Shown here: positions 34,069 through 47,700 of the stretch, piece by piece
Layout: every line of letters starts with the position of its first letter
Position numbering within the stretch: the first letter of the stretch is position 1
Assembly (NCBI GenBank): GCA_965637545.1
Contig: OZ281497.1
Coordinates: 21,018,001 to 21,082,000, forward strand
Direction: 5' to 3'
Source: Phallusia mammillata
Lineage: Eukaryota
DNA length: 64,000 bases
Translations under genes and position numbers: made by a program
The notes under the pieces: model-generated
Seen by the model: only the letters and a program-made list of their open reading frames with translations
Databases searched by the model: none
Told to the model about the DNA's origin: nothing

Positions 34069-34793
34069 ATTTTAATAGTATCACAAGTCTAGAAAAAGAA
34101 CAATATTAAAAACCCTTTTTTTACAAAAGTTATTCAGGTGCTTTTGTTAAAAATTGCTAATTAACTTGGCCTCGAACATTTTAAATTAAACTGTAACCAT
34201 TTTAGAAAGATCCAAAAACGCTTCCAAACTGTGTTTTTCTTTCCAGCAATGGAAGTAAACTTCTTGTTCACTTCCATTGACCTCGAAAACCGCAGCAATG
34301 ATCTCGAAAAACCGCTGCGTAAGGGCCTTTATGTAAGTTACGAGTTGTCATAGGAATTCAACAAATCGCAAGGACAAAGAAAACGTTTTTGGTTTTGAAT
34401 CTGGACATATAAACTTTGACAAGCTATAACTTTCTGTATAATATGTTAACCCAGGATAAACAGTTTCAATGGGGTGATAAATTTAACAGTTTAAGGACCG
34501 GATCTTTAAAACGCGCTTAACCTGCCGTTGACATTTCAAAACAATTGTAAAATATTTCATAGCTTCGTTGCACTGTCTGCACCATACATAGCTTTGTTCA
34601 GTTTTAACAGATTAAGTACACGGAGCCTACAAGTGTTTATTTTTCATAATTGTATACAGCCCGCTTTCCGCGTTTTATAGCATTATTGTAGTTTATTAAT
34701 GCTTTTTTATTTAACTATATGCAATCAGCTGTACCCCGCAAGGTTGTGCGGTTCATTAATAAACTGTTATATTTGCGACTTTTAGAAGTTTAC

Positions 34794-37700
34794 TTAAACA
34801 CCTTTAACGTTTAGAAAGACGGCCAATACGATCACAATTACAAAGGAACGCATGAAATTAAACGTAGCAGCAGAGCTAGTTGTTTCCTCTTGATTTTGGA
34901 TAAACGTATCTATAGTTGTTACAGGGTCGAGGACGGAGTTTTCGGCAATATCGTCGGCGACGGTTTCTGTTGGGGGTACAGTGGGTGCTTGAGAACAGTT
35001 TGGTGAAGGCTCCTCGTATGGATGGTCGATTGTCAATGCAGGCCAAGTTCCTTCAACCTGAAGATGCAACGAGATTTAAACACAAAATAGATTTCAATGG
35101 TAGTTTAAAGCAGATTAAAATTGCTTTTGTCGGAATTTATTACTTATTAAGACAATTGAAAGAAAAACAAATAAATATGCCATTTTTTGAATCATAAACC
35201 ATTTATTGGGTTTATCACTGACATCTGGGGGACTGCCACCGAAGGAATGGCAAATTTGTGTTCTCGTCATTGATTCGGCAGCTGAACTAAAGTCATCGGC
35301 CAATGTTTCATTCCAATTTATCTAAAATATAATGTGCAATTTTTTGATAAGTAGACCACAAAACAAAATACAGCAAACTACGGATAATCCGGAGCTCAGT
35401 CAAATTCGCAAAAAATGTACAAATAATTTTAATGCGGAAAAATGTAAGTAATCAATATCGGTTAATCCGGACAATTATTTGTTCAGAAAGGGTCCGGATT
35501 AAGCGTAGTTATTTGTTCAGAAAGGGTCCGGATTAAGCGTACCGTATAGTACCCTGGATTGTAAAATTGCCTTTAAAGTGCCACTTTGGTGATTAGTTGA
35601 CTAAAAAAAATTAAGAAAAAGTTTCGTTGGATAAGCAATTAAAAAAATAAGATGAAAAGTCTGCAAGCTATATTACCAAACATTTTTCGCATCAAACGCA
35701 AAACCAGACAGTGACTTGCATGTTTGAATATGACTTACCGAGTTGAGAACTTCGAATACAGTTTGATTTGTGTATTCGGAGGGGGTTACAACAATCAAGT
35801 TTTTTATTCCGTCAAGAGGGCTTCCACCTCCATTCCTTTAAACAAATAGTGCTTACATTACCGTGTCATCAGGGGTTAATGGGCATAATGCTAGAAAACA
35901 TCCATGCATTTTACCTCACCGTCTCGATTCCGAAGTATTGTAAAAGTTCACTAAGAAGAGCTTCGGTTTCGCAAACTACCAACGGTATTTTGGGATAGTA
36001 ATATACGTAGGATAGACACATTTCATTGCTGGTCGAGAGACCACCCTTTAATGCAATAAAAAAATGCAATACGTGGGAAAAAATGATAAACATAGGTTCG
36101 AAATTGGGTTACAAACTATTCAATTAGCGATAATAAACAGCTACATCAAGTAAAACACAGGCAACACATTTAATTGGGATTTATCAGTTGTGTTCAGTCC
36201 TTATTTTGTAATAACACTATATATATTATATCAGTAGCTTTAGGTGATATTGGCGACTTACAAGAGTGACATTCGACTTGCCAACAGAACTATAATTGCA
36301 CACTGTCTGCATTGAATCGCCCTGCTTCAGCACACGTTCCTCCGACAAAAATCGAGTCTCTTGAAAGTTAAAGTCGTATGAAGCATCCTTGGCCAAGTGT
36401 GGAAGTTCCGTGCCATTCCTAAAACATTTGCACATGAATATATGGCTCGTAGAACATAAGGTGTTTAAACTAGAGAGCAATAATACAAACAAAAGATATT
36501 GGTAAGAATTTTTGCAAAACAGAAAAGTCATAAATACGTTTTACCAACTAAAAATGTCCGATATAATCCTGGTTACCTCACATGCTTCAACGTGAGTTCC
36601 CTGCCCAGCAAGTGACTGTGCAAAATGACTGCAAACACATTCAGAGAGTCCTGACCTTCCGCTTCCATGTGCTGCGTTACAGTTGATTCAATATTTTGTA
36701 TTCCTATATCCCACTTAGGTTACATACAACATAAGATTATTTCACTTACCGATCCAAAACAGTTTTCTGTACATTCGCCGAAATCGAGAAAGCTTTCAGC
36801 GTTTGGTGGAATGATGTCAGTAAAACCGCTCACCGAGTGTCCGACCTTCAATATTCCGGTATCGTGCGTGCGCAAGTCAGGAGTGTAATAAAAGCGCAGA
36901 CCCGAAGAGTCGACGATGTCTAGTACAATAAGGTTAAGTTGTTCAAAAACGTTGACACCTGCTATCCAACTAGGTCAGGTTTATCTGCACAATAATCGCT
37001 GCTGTGTATTTTCTAAGTTCAACCAACCAAGCTGACAAAAACTTAATGTTTGGTTTCCATGCACGCAAGCTTTTAATTTACTCAAATTTCTGTTAAAGTG
37101 CCTTGGTTGGACATTGATACATAGATAACGTGCGCAGAGATTTATAAAAGTGATAGTGTAAAATATTGTACAATAATAACCTGATTTGAGTTCTGGATTG
37201 TCATAATGAGTTTCCACGACAACATACTTTGGTGCGCCTGAGGTTCCTAACGCATAACCAGCGTGCTTGGGAAAGTGAAATGACTGACGTATAAAAACAC
37301 ATTTAAAGCTTTAGTGGAAATTGAAAACCAAGAAAACCAGACAATTTTTTAGTGTACGTTCAAACTGAATTTCGAAACAATTACAAATTTGCAAACAGGT
37401 ACGAAAAATACAAGCACGGCATTTTCGTTTTAACCTACCCCCCCTCCGATTGCCCAGGCAACGATAGGAAACGCACAATGGTAGAAGTCTTCCGGCATAT
37501 TGCTGCTGTAACATCTCGCACTTACATTAACAAGGGTCTAGAAAAAATTATAACTTCACCAACGTTTTAGGAGTTGTTAAATTTCCTATTGCAATAAAAA
37601 CGAGGTTTTTGACCGGAGGTATGGGATACTAGACTGGTTGTAAAAATAAATCCCGTTTAGACGTTATTGAAAGAAAAAGCACAGGATTTACAGTGGTTCG

Positions 37701-39736
37701 GAATATTTCTCACAAAAAAACGTTTCCAGTAATCGTAAACGAGGGGGCAAGAAAAAATTGAACGAAAGCGTAGCTGCAAGCAAAAAACACCACTAATGTA
37801 AAGAGAAAAATCGACTTCAACTTACTTGATTTGAGTCATCAGGGCAATGGTAAACCAGTATGTGATGAACATTGAGTTCGTTTCCATTTTGAATAAGGGG
37901 CTCCACCTTTAAAAGTAACAAATTGATGCAATTAAAGTAATGTTTGCCTTTAACAGGTTAACCTTGACTAAATGGTGTTTTTGTGACATGTCAGGAATCT
38001 TCAACAAACGACAGCTGTAGTAAGTGTCCTCAGCTGGAACATGAAAGTTGTCGTTGGCAAGATCAAATTGTAAATGAGTTTCTCCCGCTGGGAACCTGGT
38101 TTGGTCACTTCCTGCTTGATTAAGCATGAACATGCTTTTAACACCTAAACAGATTTTTCAATTCAATATAAGAATCCAAAAGTATCTTGACTAAAACGGT
38201 AAATTTTAAAATGTGTGAGTATTTGCTGGTTTTGCGACCTCTGTTCGTAGCTTCATGTTGGTCTCCGAAACCTAGATCATCTCCAGTCGGATCATCTACT
38301 CCCCAGGCATATATCAATTTCATTGTGTCAGCCTAGAATTAACCCATACCGTTAAATAAAACGGAAGATAATAAGCCATAAGTGCATACCGTTATATGGA
38401 TGTCTTTACTGTCACAGGTGGCGAGCAAACGTCGAAACTTGATCACAGTGTAACCATCGACCTCCATTCCCTCCAACAACTCAACATTCTGAACTGTGTC
38501 CTTGGATGGGTAACCGTTGAAACTCCCGCCGTGACGATCCTGAAATAATTAGTTTATAATGCAGACATTAGAAGGTAAAACAGCCACCATTGCTTTTGAT
38601 GCAAGGCGATTGGAGATAAAGAAAAGTGTTCGCTTACCGTAAGTTTTGCCACTCCGTTTTTTACCCACCCAACTATAATATCGGCATTGGCCATGCTTCC
38701 AGTCGGTGAAAAACCGATGCCAACCCATCCCTGCGTGTGTCCGTGTATCTGAAATGCAATATGATGGGTATTGTAGCACGCGTTAGTTAGGCCATAAAGC
38801 TGTTTCGAAATGTACGGAGCTTTAGTTTACTTTAAAGTTTAAAGTATACGGCTTGCAACCCTGACCGAACCACATGCATTATTGCCAGGGCCAAACCAGA
38901 TAAAATGTAACTGATTGTCCCAGCAAAACCTACTTTTGGCAGACAAAAGCTTGTGTTTTGCCACAAAAGGCCCCTAGAACCAGTGTTTCATACCGGAACG
39001 GAACGAAACCAAATAACGTTATTCGTTCTGAGCAAATTATTTATTTCGTTATTTCGTTCTGGACCGATATTTTCATTTCGTTCCGGTCTGACCGACATAA
39101 ATTTATAACGGTATTTTTCGGTATTTCGGTCTAACATTAGAACATTTCGTTGTGGTCGTTACAACTATTAAGCGAAAAACGAAAGAAAGTTGCAACACAC
39201 AACAATTATTGTCGGTAGTTGTTACGTCACATAACATTTCTCAATAATGGTCAAACGGATGTAAATTGTAGGAGCCTCAATTTTTATTATATCCTAACGG
39301 CGCGAAATTTTCAGAATTTTTTTCATGTCAAATGTCCAGAACGAAATACCGGAATAAAATAAAACGGTATTTCGTTCCGTTCCGGTATTTTGAATATTTT
39401 TTATTTCGGTATTTCGTTCCGGTATTTGAGCCAAAAATTATTTATTTCGTTCCGGTATAACGTTCCGTTCCGTTCCGGTATGAAACACTGCCTAGAACAA
39501 TGAACAGTTGATGGTTCGCACCAGTTAAAAAATTCTGGACCAAAAATTGAAATAATTTAAAAACCATTCCAACATACCTCAAACGTGATGGAAGTGTCGT
39601 TGAAATTCCAATAAACTGTTATAACTTGTCCAATATCGAGAACCGCACTGTGGGCAAACGACTCTGTAGTGTTTGGTTGGCACTGAGCTAAACTAACCAA
39701 ACACAAAACATAGAGAAGTTGCAGCCAATGCAACAT
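34794..39736 (-). CDS. MOXD1: DBH-like monooxygenase (MOXD1-like) copy E, intact, 15 exons, about 663 aa
   Basis: Exons 39736-39578, 38748-38638, 38539-38390, 38332-38239, 38144-37963, 37906-37826, 37537-37439, 37283-37181, 36919-36750, 36671-36577, 36418-36262, 36045-35915, 35835-35739, 35321-35223, 35057-34794; ligands VHH, ETHY, HSH, SNEMC. Confidence 0.93.
35371..35544. mobile_element. Possible pogo/Tc1-type MITE
   Basis: TA-flanked CAGCAAACTACGGATAATCCGG with a degenerate inverted counterpart CCGGATTAAGCGTA; a 34-bp tandem duplication at the right end. Confidence 0.4.
38981..39490. mobile_element. hAT-type MITE, 510 bp, in intron 1 of copy E
   Basis: 25-bp perfect TIR CAGTGTTTCATACCGGAACGGAACG; perfect TSD CCTAGAAC; subterminal TATTTCGTTCCGG-type repeats. 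Confidence 0.93.
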
Positions 39737-41151
39737 ATTGCAGTAGTCACCTCATTTGACGAAGATAAAATCGAAAGGAAATCGGTAACATTGGCCTAGC
39801 ACAACATACTGCATCATACACATAAGAATGCTCGGTTGCAACATCTCCTCATTTAAAATCAGAAAGTAACTGTGAAAAACAAAAATACAGGTTTGTTACG
39901 TAATAATGATTTTGTTTAAACAATGTTTCCACTGAATTGTATGTAAAATTGGTGGCAGTCACGATGGCCCATATGGCCCATATGGGCTTTCGCGGTCCCC
40001 AATCAATTGTTTTCCTGTTTTTTTTACTATAGAGTGCACTAAACCAAACTACTGCAGGATTTTCAACGTCTAGCGACCCACTTAAACGGTGTCACTAAAT
40101 CAGTGATTCTCAAACTGTGTGCCGTGAGAGATTTCCAAGTGTGCCGTGAAATTTTCCTATTTTAAAGTGCAATCATTTCCTGGTGATTAAGGACTTCATG
40201 ACAAAATAATGGTGTGCATGACAATCTTTCAAACCTCATGGTTTTGCTCATGGGCGCCGGCACGTAGGGGCAAGAGGGGGCGGCACTCCTCCCCCCACCC
40301 TGTCTGTGCGGGGATTTTTTTAAGTCTACTGCATATATTTTATGCCATGTGTTACTTGAAATAGTAATCTATCCCTGCAAGAGTGTTTTTGTCAAAGTAA
40401 AAACATTGGAAAAATCAAAGTAGCACTATTCTTGTTGCACAAGACACCTGGGAGCGGTAAAGAGTCGTATTCGTGTTCAAACATTCCCTTTTTTTAATCG
40501 TGAAAATGTCACAAAGACACAGTGGAAACAGATGCAATGAAACGTATGAAAAGATTAGAAAGTATTGGTTGAGAATAAAGAAAGTAGTCAATAAAGTACA
40601 ATGCCCTTCGCCTAATTATTCTTTAGTATCAGACCGTCTGAACCTAGGCTTTGCATCCTCATTGCATCTTAGCGGCTTTTACCAAAAGAAAGGGTGTTGC
40701 ACAAATACAAAAGTACATATCGATTGAACAGTTAATATCGAGCCGAAACATCAATAGGTCACAAGTTGGTCTATATTAACCGAAGAGGTTGAACCTGCGA
40801 CGAGGTACTGACGTACTTGCACATCGATTTTGCTGTTGGAAAGTCCGCTGATGAAAATGATATTGTTATTATAGAACAGGGTTTTATCCTATTTCACTGC
40901 TAAATATGTGTATACAGTGCTAAAAATGTCTGATATCTGCTGGTATTTTTGTCGAATTTTCGGTATCTGACGCCGATCGCATTGGGAGGGATGTGCTGAA
41001 GAGAGAAAAGAAAAAACGAACGCCAAATTTGACGAAAAACGCGCTGATAAAATATAAGTTGAGAGAGCGACGTTGCATTTAGACACACACCAACAAAGCG
41101 GTTTATAAGTCACATCTTAAATTGTTAAAAGGTAATAAATATTTCGCAAGA

Positions 41152-41783
41152 ATGGATATTGTTGCTTTTAGACGCGGACCAGTTCTGCTGTTTTTTATGA
41201 CAGCTGTAGTCTGTGTTTGCACCACATGTGAAGCAGCGGCCATAACAGCCAACGACGAGGATAGTTTTCAAGTGCAAGATTTGGACGTTAACATTGAAAG
41301 GTAAAAAGGATTGGTCACTTAATCTGCATTTATCGATATTGTGTAAATTAAATGTTTTTGTGACATACAAGGCAAACTGAGTATCAGGTCAAAAACGACT
41401 TTATGCAAATTGGCATAAAAACTGAAGTCGTGTGATAATAACTTATGCTTTGTAATTTGCTGATGATTTGTTAAAAAACTTAATTATAAAAGTGTGCACT
41501 AGTGTACTTATTTTCGTAACTAAATGTTGCCCTTTATTTTAGATTCCGACGGAGTCTTTACATGGTGGAGCGACGTCGTTGCGGATTTCGGCTGAAAAAG
41601 CATTGCTACATTCTCGCGTATCGATGCCACGCTTCTGTGCTGTCAAAACGAAGTGTGGACAACGATATGGAAGAATCATCACAATCAGATTCAATTCTCG
41701 AACGTGGAATCAGATCCATTGTGACAAAACGAAGACGTCGATTTCGGGCAAACTGTTCGATTTGTAGCGCAAGATGTTGGTAG
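41152..41783 (+). CDS. Secreted prepropeptide (129 aa) with furin/dibasic sites and two 3-Cys peptides; family not recognised
   Basis: Exons 41152-41300 (AG|GTAAAA) and 41543-41783 (TTTTAG|A) join in frame: MDIVAFRRGPVLLFFMTAVVCVCTTCEAAAITANDEDSFQVQDLDVNIERFRRSLYMVERRRCGFRLKKHCYILAYRCHASVLSKRSVDNDMEESSQSDSILERGIRSIVTKRRRRFRANCSICSARCW*. The phase-2 junction itself creates the RFRR site. Confidence 0.8.
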
Positions 41784-44700
41784 ATGAAATATCGCATCTG
41801 GTAGAGCGTTGATGTGCACGGTCGCTGTATGGTGTCACCGATGTTAGGTATCGGCCTGTTGATAAACATGACTTCCAGAGAGTTCGTTCGATGATTTGAT
41901 GGTTCAGCAGCATAAAAATTATGACCCTCCACTTAATTTTACTGCAAAATGGTGCGTTTATTGTTTGTTTTGCAATGTTTGACAGGTAAACCAAACTTCG
42001 CCTTCTGAATCATGAATACGCCTATTGAAACCTTTTTTCGGTATTTGTAAGTCGATTTCCCAAAACTGTCGTTTTCACAAACAAATATGCCGTTTTTTGA
42101 TAACTGGCGCTGTTGCATTACATTCTTCACCATTTTTTGTTTTTCTTTTTTCTTTTGTAGCATTTTTGAGCATGTCTGGTTTTCCTAGGTTTCACTCGAA
42201 ACTCTTTCAATTGATGCTTTGAACAGATTCGTTGCGTGACATATTTATTTCTATTTTACACAAATACAAAAAAGTCGAACTAAAATTTTTACAAATTACC
42301 CCGAAACTGTGCAAACGTGAGCAGAAAAGTATGAAGCATTTGCAGGTTATCTAAACATTCAACACAAATACTGGAGAATCCATCTCCGTTTAAAACCGCG
42401 TGTCAGGCACTTGTGCGGTAAAGTTCTTGACTCAACACATGTGCAATATCAACATTGAACTTGGCATAACACCAGCTTGGTGTCCCCCAGGGGTCTATAC
42501 AAGGACCGCTTATTGCCTTCAGGCTAAGAGATTCTTTCGTCGCAAGGCAATTGAACGGATCAGCGGAAGCGATGCGACTGTCCCTCGCTATGACATTTTA
42601 CCTAAGTCGCAAATGTAGACGAACAGTAGATTATGACGTCAACGCCATCTGGGATCGCGTTGTAATCAAATATACATGATCTGTTGTGATCTTGATTTAG
42701 CTTGTGTTGTTTGACATCAGGTGGATAACAAAGGGCAAATCTGATCACTACGTTGTCAAATCATCTCAAACGTTGAATTACATTACAAAATTTGCAAGAA
42801 GATAGCGGAAAAAGCTTCATGTATGGTTTTTTCCTATAAAATGTGCTTTTACTTCAAAGGTTCTCTTATTACATTGTTTAGACTTCCTTTTCGACCCCTG
42901 GTTTGCAAGTTAAAAAAAGCCGAGCGGTCGAAATTAAACAAACTGAAAAATTTTAATGGACTGTTGAAGGGTTCCTTCAACGCCAGACCTGTTTAGCAAG
43001 CGAGTAATAGGGCGTGAATGAATTCGGCGGAAAGGTTGTGCTTCTTATCGTCGATATCTTAAATTTCACGCTTGCGGTGGGATGTAAACTCAGGGAGAGT
43101 GGAACAAATCAATACACAACACAAACAAAATGACTGGGGCCGTTGTTTGTAGAAAATCTCCGGCTGAAATCACGTCCTATAAGCGAAACGGCACGTAAGT
43201 ATACTAAAGCTGTTGCGTTATGAAAGCAAAAGCAATTTTTCGCGTTCGAAGTATTTTAAACAGTTCGTGAGTGAGTGACGAACTGTTATCCAACAAACGA
43301 TTTATGTTGTCAAATATGAGACATATTTTTGTTAAAACACTATAATTTCAAAAAAGGTGTTTCATTAAAGTGTTACATATAGCTCCTAAAAGGAAAATGA
43401 TGGTAGATGTATCTAAGTACTTTCTGGATTCAAAACATAATTTGTTGCCATTTATATCGGTATGATATGTTTGCGTAAATTTATGCGTTGCGTGTTAATA
43501 GCAAAAGAGCCCTTAGTTAAAAGTGCATTGCAAGTTGAGATTTGAAGAAACCTACGTGGGTGGCCAAACACCATATATTTTGCTACGTTATGCAGTGGGC
43601 TATAGTAGGGGTAGCGCGAATCAAAAACACGGTTTGTTGCTTGTGTCCGAAATACGACATTGATGAAACAGTTTTCAATTTGACCGCTAGAGAAGGCTTG
43701 ATCATAATTTCGATAAGACTTTATGCAACGGTCAGAGCCCACTTTTAGAAGCGGGGTTGGTTACGAGGTAATGTAGAGACTTAAGACACTCGTTTACTGA
43801 CACAGGCGCCGAGATAACGGTAATCCCCGTACAAATTCAGCTACCTCGATACTGCTTTATCGTGGAAGGGCAGTCTCTTTTACTGCTTTAAAGTTAATGT
43901 ACACTGCTTTCACATGCAAGTAAACGGAGACGTCGGATAAACATCAAAGCCAATAATCGCACAATGACGTTAGCTTCGACAGTCGACGTTTTAGTTACGG
44001 ACACAGGTCCTATCTCAGTGCATCAGAACCTGGTTGTGTTGGGGTCTTGTCTGAGGTCGCCCGGTGATCCCCTGAGGCAACCACGACATGAGGTCACTTG
44101 CCCGCAAACGTTTCTGAGCGATTTACCGAAAAGCAGTTACGTAAACTATAATATATGTATACTCGACTGGTGGCTTAACATATCAACTCAAATAGACAAT
44201 AAACGTTTAAAAGGATAATAGCTCTTTTCTCAGCTTATGGAAGGCATAAATCGATGACGTCAGAATTAAAAATACACCAATAATAAACAACGACATCATT
44301 GTAGAAAATGTGTGGTTTACTGAATCAACGATGTATTTTATGAAACCATTTCATAAAGGAGATTAACATGCCTATTTTCTGACAAAACGCTCATCACGAA
44401 GATTAAAACTCGACCATGCATTTTGCAACACATGGAGTCACTTGTTTTTCTACAAAATGGTAAGAAAAAAAAGCTTTTCAAACCCAACTTATTTCTTGGC
44501 AAAATGTTTTTCTACAAAGGGTAGGTAACAAAACGTTTTAAACTTAACTGAATTGACCCCAAATCGCTTTTTCTTTGGGAGATATGTTATCGCATGCTGT
44601 CAACAGAAAGTAAACAACCAATCACATCGATCTCACTTTCGAACTTGTGTAACAAAGTTTGTTTATGCGTAGGCAATGAGGTTCGCCCAAACAGTCAAAA

Positions 44701-47700
44701 GGGGCCGTTTGTCAAGCGTATACGTGATACTATACACACACCATGTTGTGTTAAAACGTTACAAAAACCGATAATGTACGAAATTGTTTGACGTTATCAG
44801 TGCGTTAAAAATAATCCGTCTACCTTCGCGTGATTAGATTATTAATATGCTCGGAATATTTCACGTTTATATCTAAAGATTACCTCATTTAATAGCTTTT
44901 AGCGATTATTCGCGCCTGGGGATTGTGATGTCACTTTTTGGAAGAGGTTTTTGTACAATTCCCGCGTGGTTTTTGGTTTAATTTTTGTAAGCTTCTTGCC
45001 TCAATCCAATAAAACTCAAGTACGTATCACTCTGGTGTGTTTCCTGCTTCCGGACGTATCAACCTTGAGAAAGTCGCATTGAGGTCGCAAATGTAACCCA
45101 AGCCCGCGCCCTGAGCGACACTGGTGGACTTATTTACATGTATGTCGTTGCGCATCAAGTGCTGTGTCTTTCGAGGGAATCGAATAAGCACATTTTGCTT
45201 TTCTGGCTTGCAGGCGTTCAAAAACTCGTCAAGTGGAACTGATTTACATCGTGTATTAGGAAACGCGTCGACGCAAGTTCAGTGATAACCTTTGCAGGTT
45301 GGATAATTTGCCTTTTGCACATATGCAACTGGCGAACTTTTCAACTGAACCTTGCCAACACCCTTGCGATCCACGACAAATCCCCTTGACGTTATCGCGG
45401 CTCTATCTTCCGACCTTGCCTAGTTTCTTCCGTTTCGGTTAAGCAGCGTGGTAGAGCATTTAAAGGCACCTACGTGCGCCAGTAGTGATTCCTGACCTGA
45501 CCGCAACAGATGACTTTTGCCAAGAGATTGCCGGAAGTAAGCCACTGCTAAAAACTAAAAAATGCAAGGCTTTGGAATCTTATACTATCTGCCAATGCGA
45601 GTGCATTCTGGAGAAGAGAGTCTAGTTTCGTGGTCTAATCAATAAACAAAATCGTTTGATAGGCAGCCAATATCTTTTTTCACGGGAGACTTGGTTACAG
45701 ATCTGTCGAATTACAGATGACGGGTGTGAACGCAATACTGGCGCTTTCAAAAATGAATCGAAGAAAGGGGAATTGGAAAAAGGGCAACTGAATATATTTT
45801 TCTTTATATGTAAACGTAAGCTTTTCCAATAAAACAAAATTAGTTAGAGATAGTATATTTGCATTATTATAGTTCACACGAAAAATGAGACCTGTGAAGT
45901 AAGTTAATCAGGACTATTTGCAAATCGTTCGTAGATCACCCAGGTACAAGCTTGGAAACGAACTGGTCAAAGTAAAGTTAAAAATTCAAAAACGCATATA
46001 AAACGCGACTTAAAAAATTCTTGCACCTGGGCATTGTCTGTCAACGTAACCTTCACTAAACACCGACACAAACCGATTACGGCGAAGAAATGAGTTTTCT
46101 CCAGCTTTATTAATTAGCGTGTGCGCACGAACCAACTGTGCTACGGTCCATTACGTGATCACGTCACTGGAAAGGCGCCAGGACCCCAAATTTCCGCAAA
46201 GTCCCGTAATGGTTATTTATGGGTGTCGGGGCCATTTACCGCCCGCGTTCTTTTTGATGCAGATCAGAGATTGCAGGCCAACTTTGTGTATCACATTTTC
46301 CAAAGTGGTTGTAAAGTGTGGGAATTATAAAGGCAAGTACATGTTTTTCGTGAAATTACTGATGACGAATAACACGGTAAAGATAAACAGCTGGTTTTCA
46401 TAGTTCTCATGTCTTTAATCGTGTTACCTACCCTGGATTGCGGTCCTATGGTAAATAAGCGAAGACACCTATAGTAAACACTAAAATATTGTACTTAAAA
46501 AAGAACATCGCCTGACTGAACAGCGCTTTTGATAAAGTTATACAGTAACAAATGTAGAAGTTGCGAAAGGAGGGAACGTACGTCTCGGGTTTAAATCCGG
46601 CAACTTAAAACCAATATTCCTTCCAAACTGCCCTTCCCAGAAATAACCACAATGTTGATTATATAAGTTTTCCAAAATTGGCCAAAAAAATTACCCGATA
46701 CCAAACTAGCCAAGCCTTCGCCTAATTAAGAATTCGTTTATGCAAGGATTAATCGTTAATATTGTAGTTTCAGCTCAAATCGTGATTCCATCTGCCATTG
46801 GATCGCACCGCACATGTAAACTACTCGTGTGCGGTTAAACGCAAGGTAGATAATTCATCAAACAACAAACAAGTTTCTGGCACGAACGGATGTGTTTTGC
46901 ATGGATTAGTCTCACGAAATTACTCTACGTGAGATGCTAGTGGAATTTGTAACATCGTTTGTTATCGTTGGTGCAACAAATAAACCTTAGTATGGATTGC
47001 GCTCAGGTGAACATGCAATGGGCCTGGTGCAAAAAATTTAGTATGGATTGCGTTTGGGTTGGGATTAGTGAAACTTTCGAATTTATTATGAAGCTGACAA
47101 TGGTACATTATTATGCACCAAGTACGACATAATTTTGTCTTAAGCACTTGGTCGTGGTAATGCTTATATAGTTTAATATACAACTTTAATCCATAAGTTT
47201 TCTTTGCTGCTTTGTTAATCATCCGCAAAGTGTACCGAAATCGTTATTAACCCGTAAAGTTGAGCAATGTTAATGTGAATTAAAAATTTTGTTGTTTTCG
47301 TTAGGTCGTACATGTAAAACTCACAAAACGGTCGGTAAACCAAACAATAAATGCTCAACGACCACAACCCAAATATTGTTTCCGATGTCGCAAGCTTCCT
47401 TCCGTTTTCATTTCCTGGCCACGATAACACACATGAAAACAATTAATAAAACATAAGCAAGTTCTTTGTTAGTAAATATGAACCCACTTGACTGACAAAA
47501 ACATTTTTGAAGCACAAGCATTATACCATTATCAAAGTTCCCTACAACAGCAGCCCGTACTGCAGTATGGTAAAGGCCATAGATGTTTATTGTTGTATAG
47601 GATAAAGTTAATTGAAACACAGTTTTTCCGCAAAAGATAATCGTGTTGCATCAACAACAAGTACAAATGCACCATTGACTCAAAAATTGCCAACCATTAG

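Noticed and set aside
41571-41783. Calling the peptide an insulin/relaxin family member (CGxxL in chain 1, SICS in chain 2)
   Set aside because: The A-chain CC doublet is absent and Cys spacing in both chains does not fit; only the general layout is similar.
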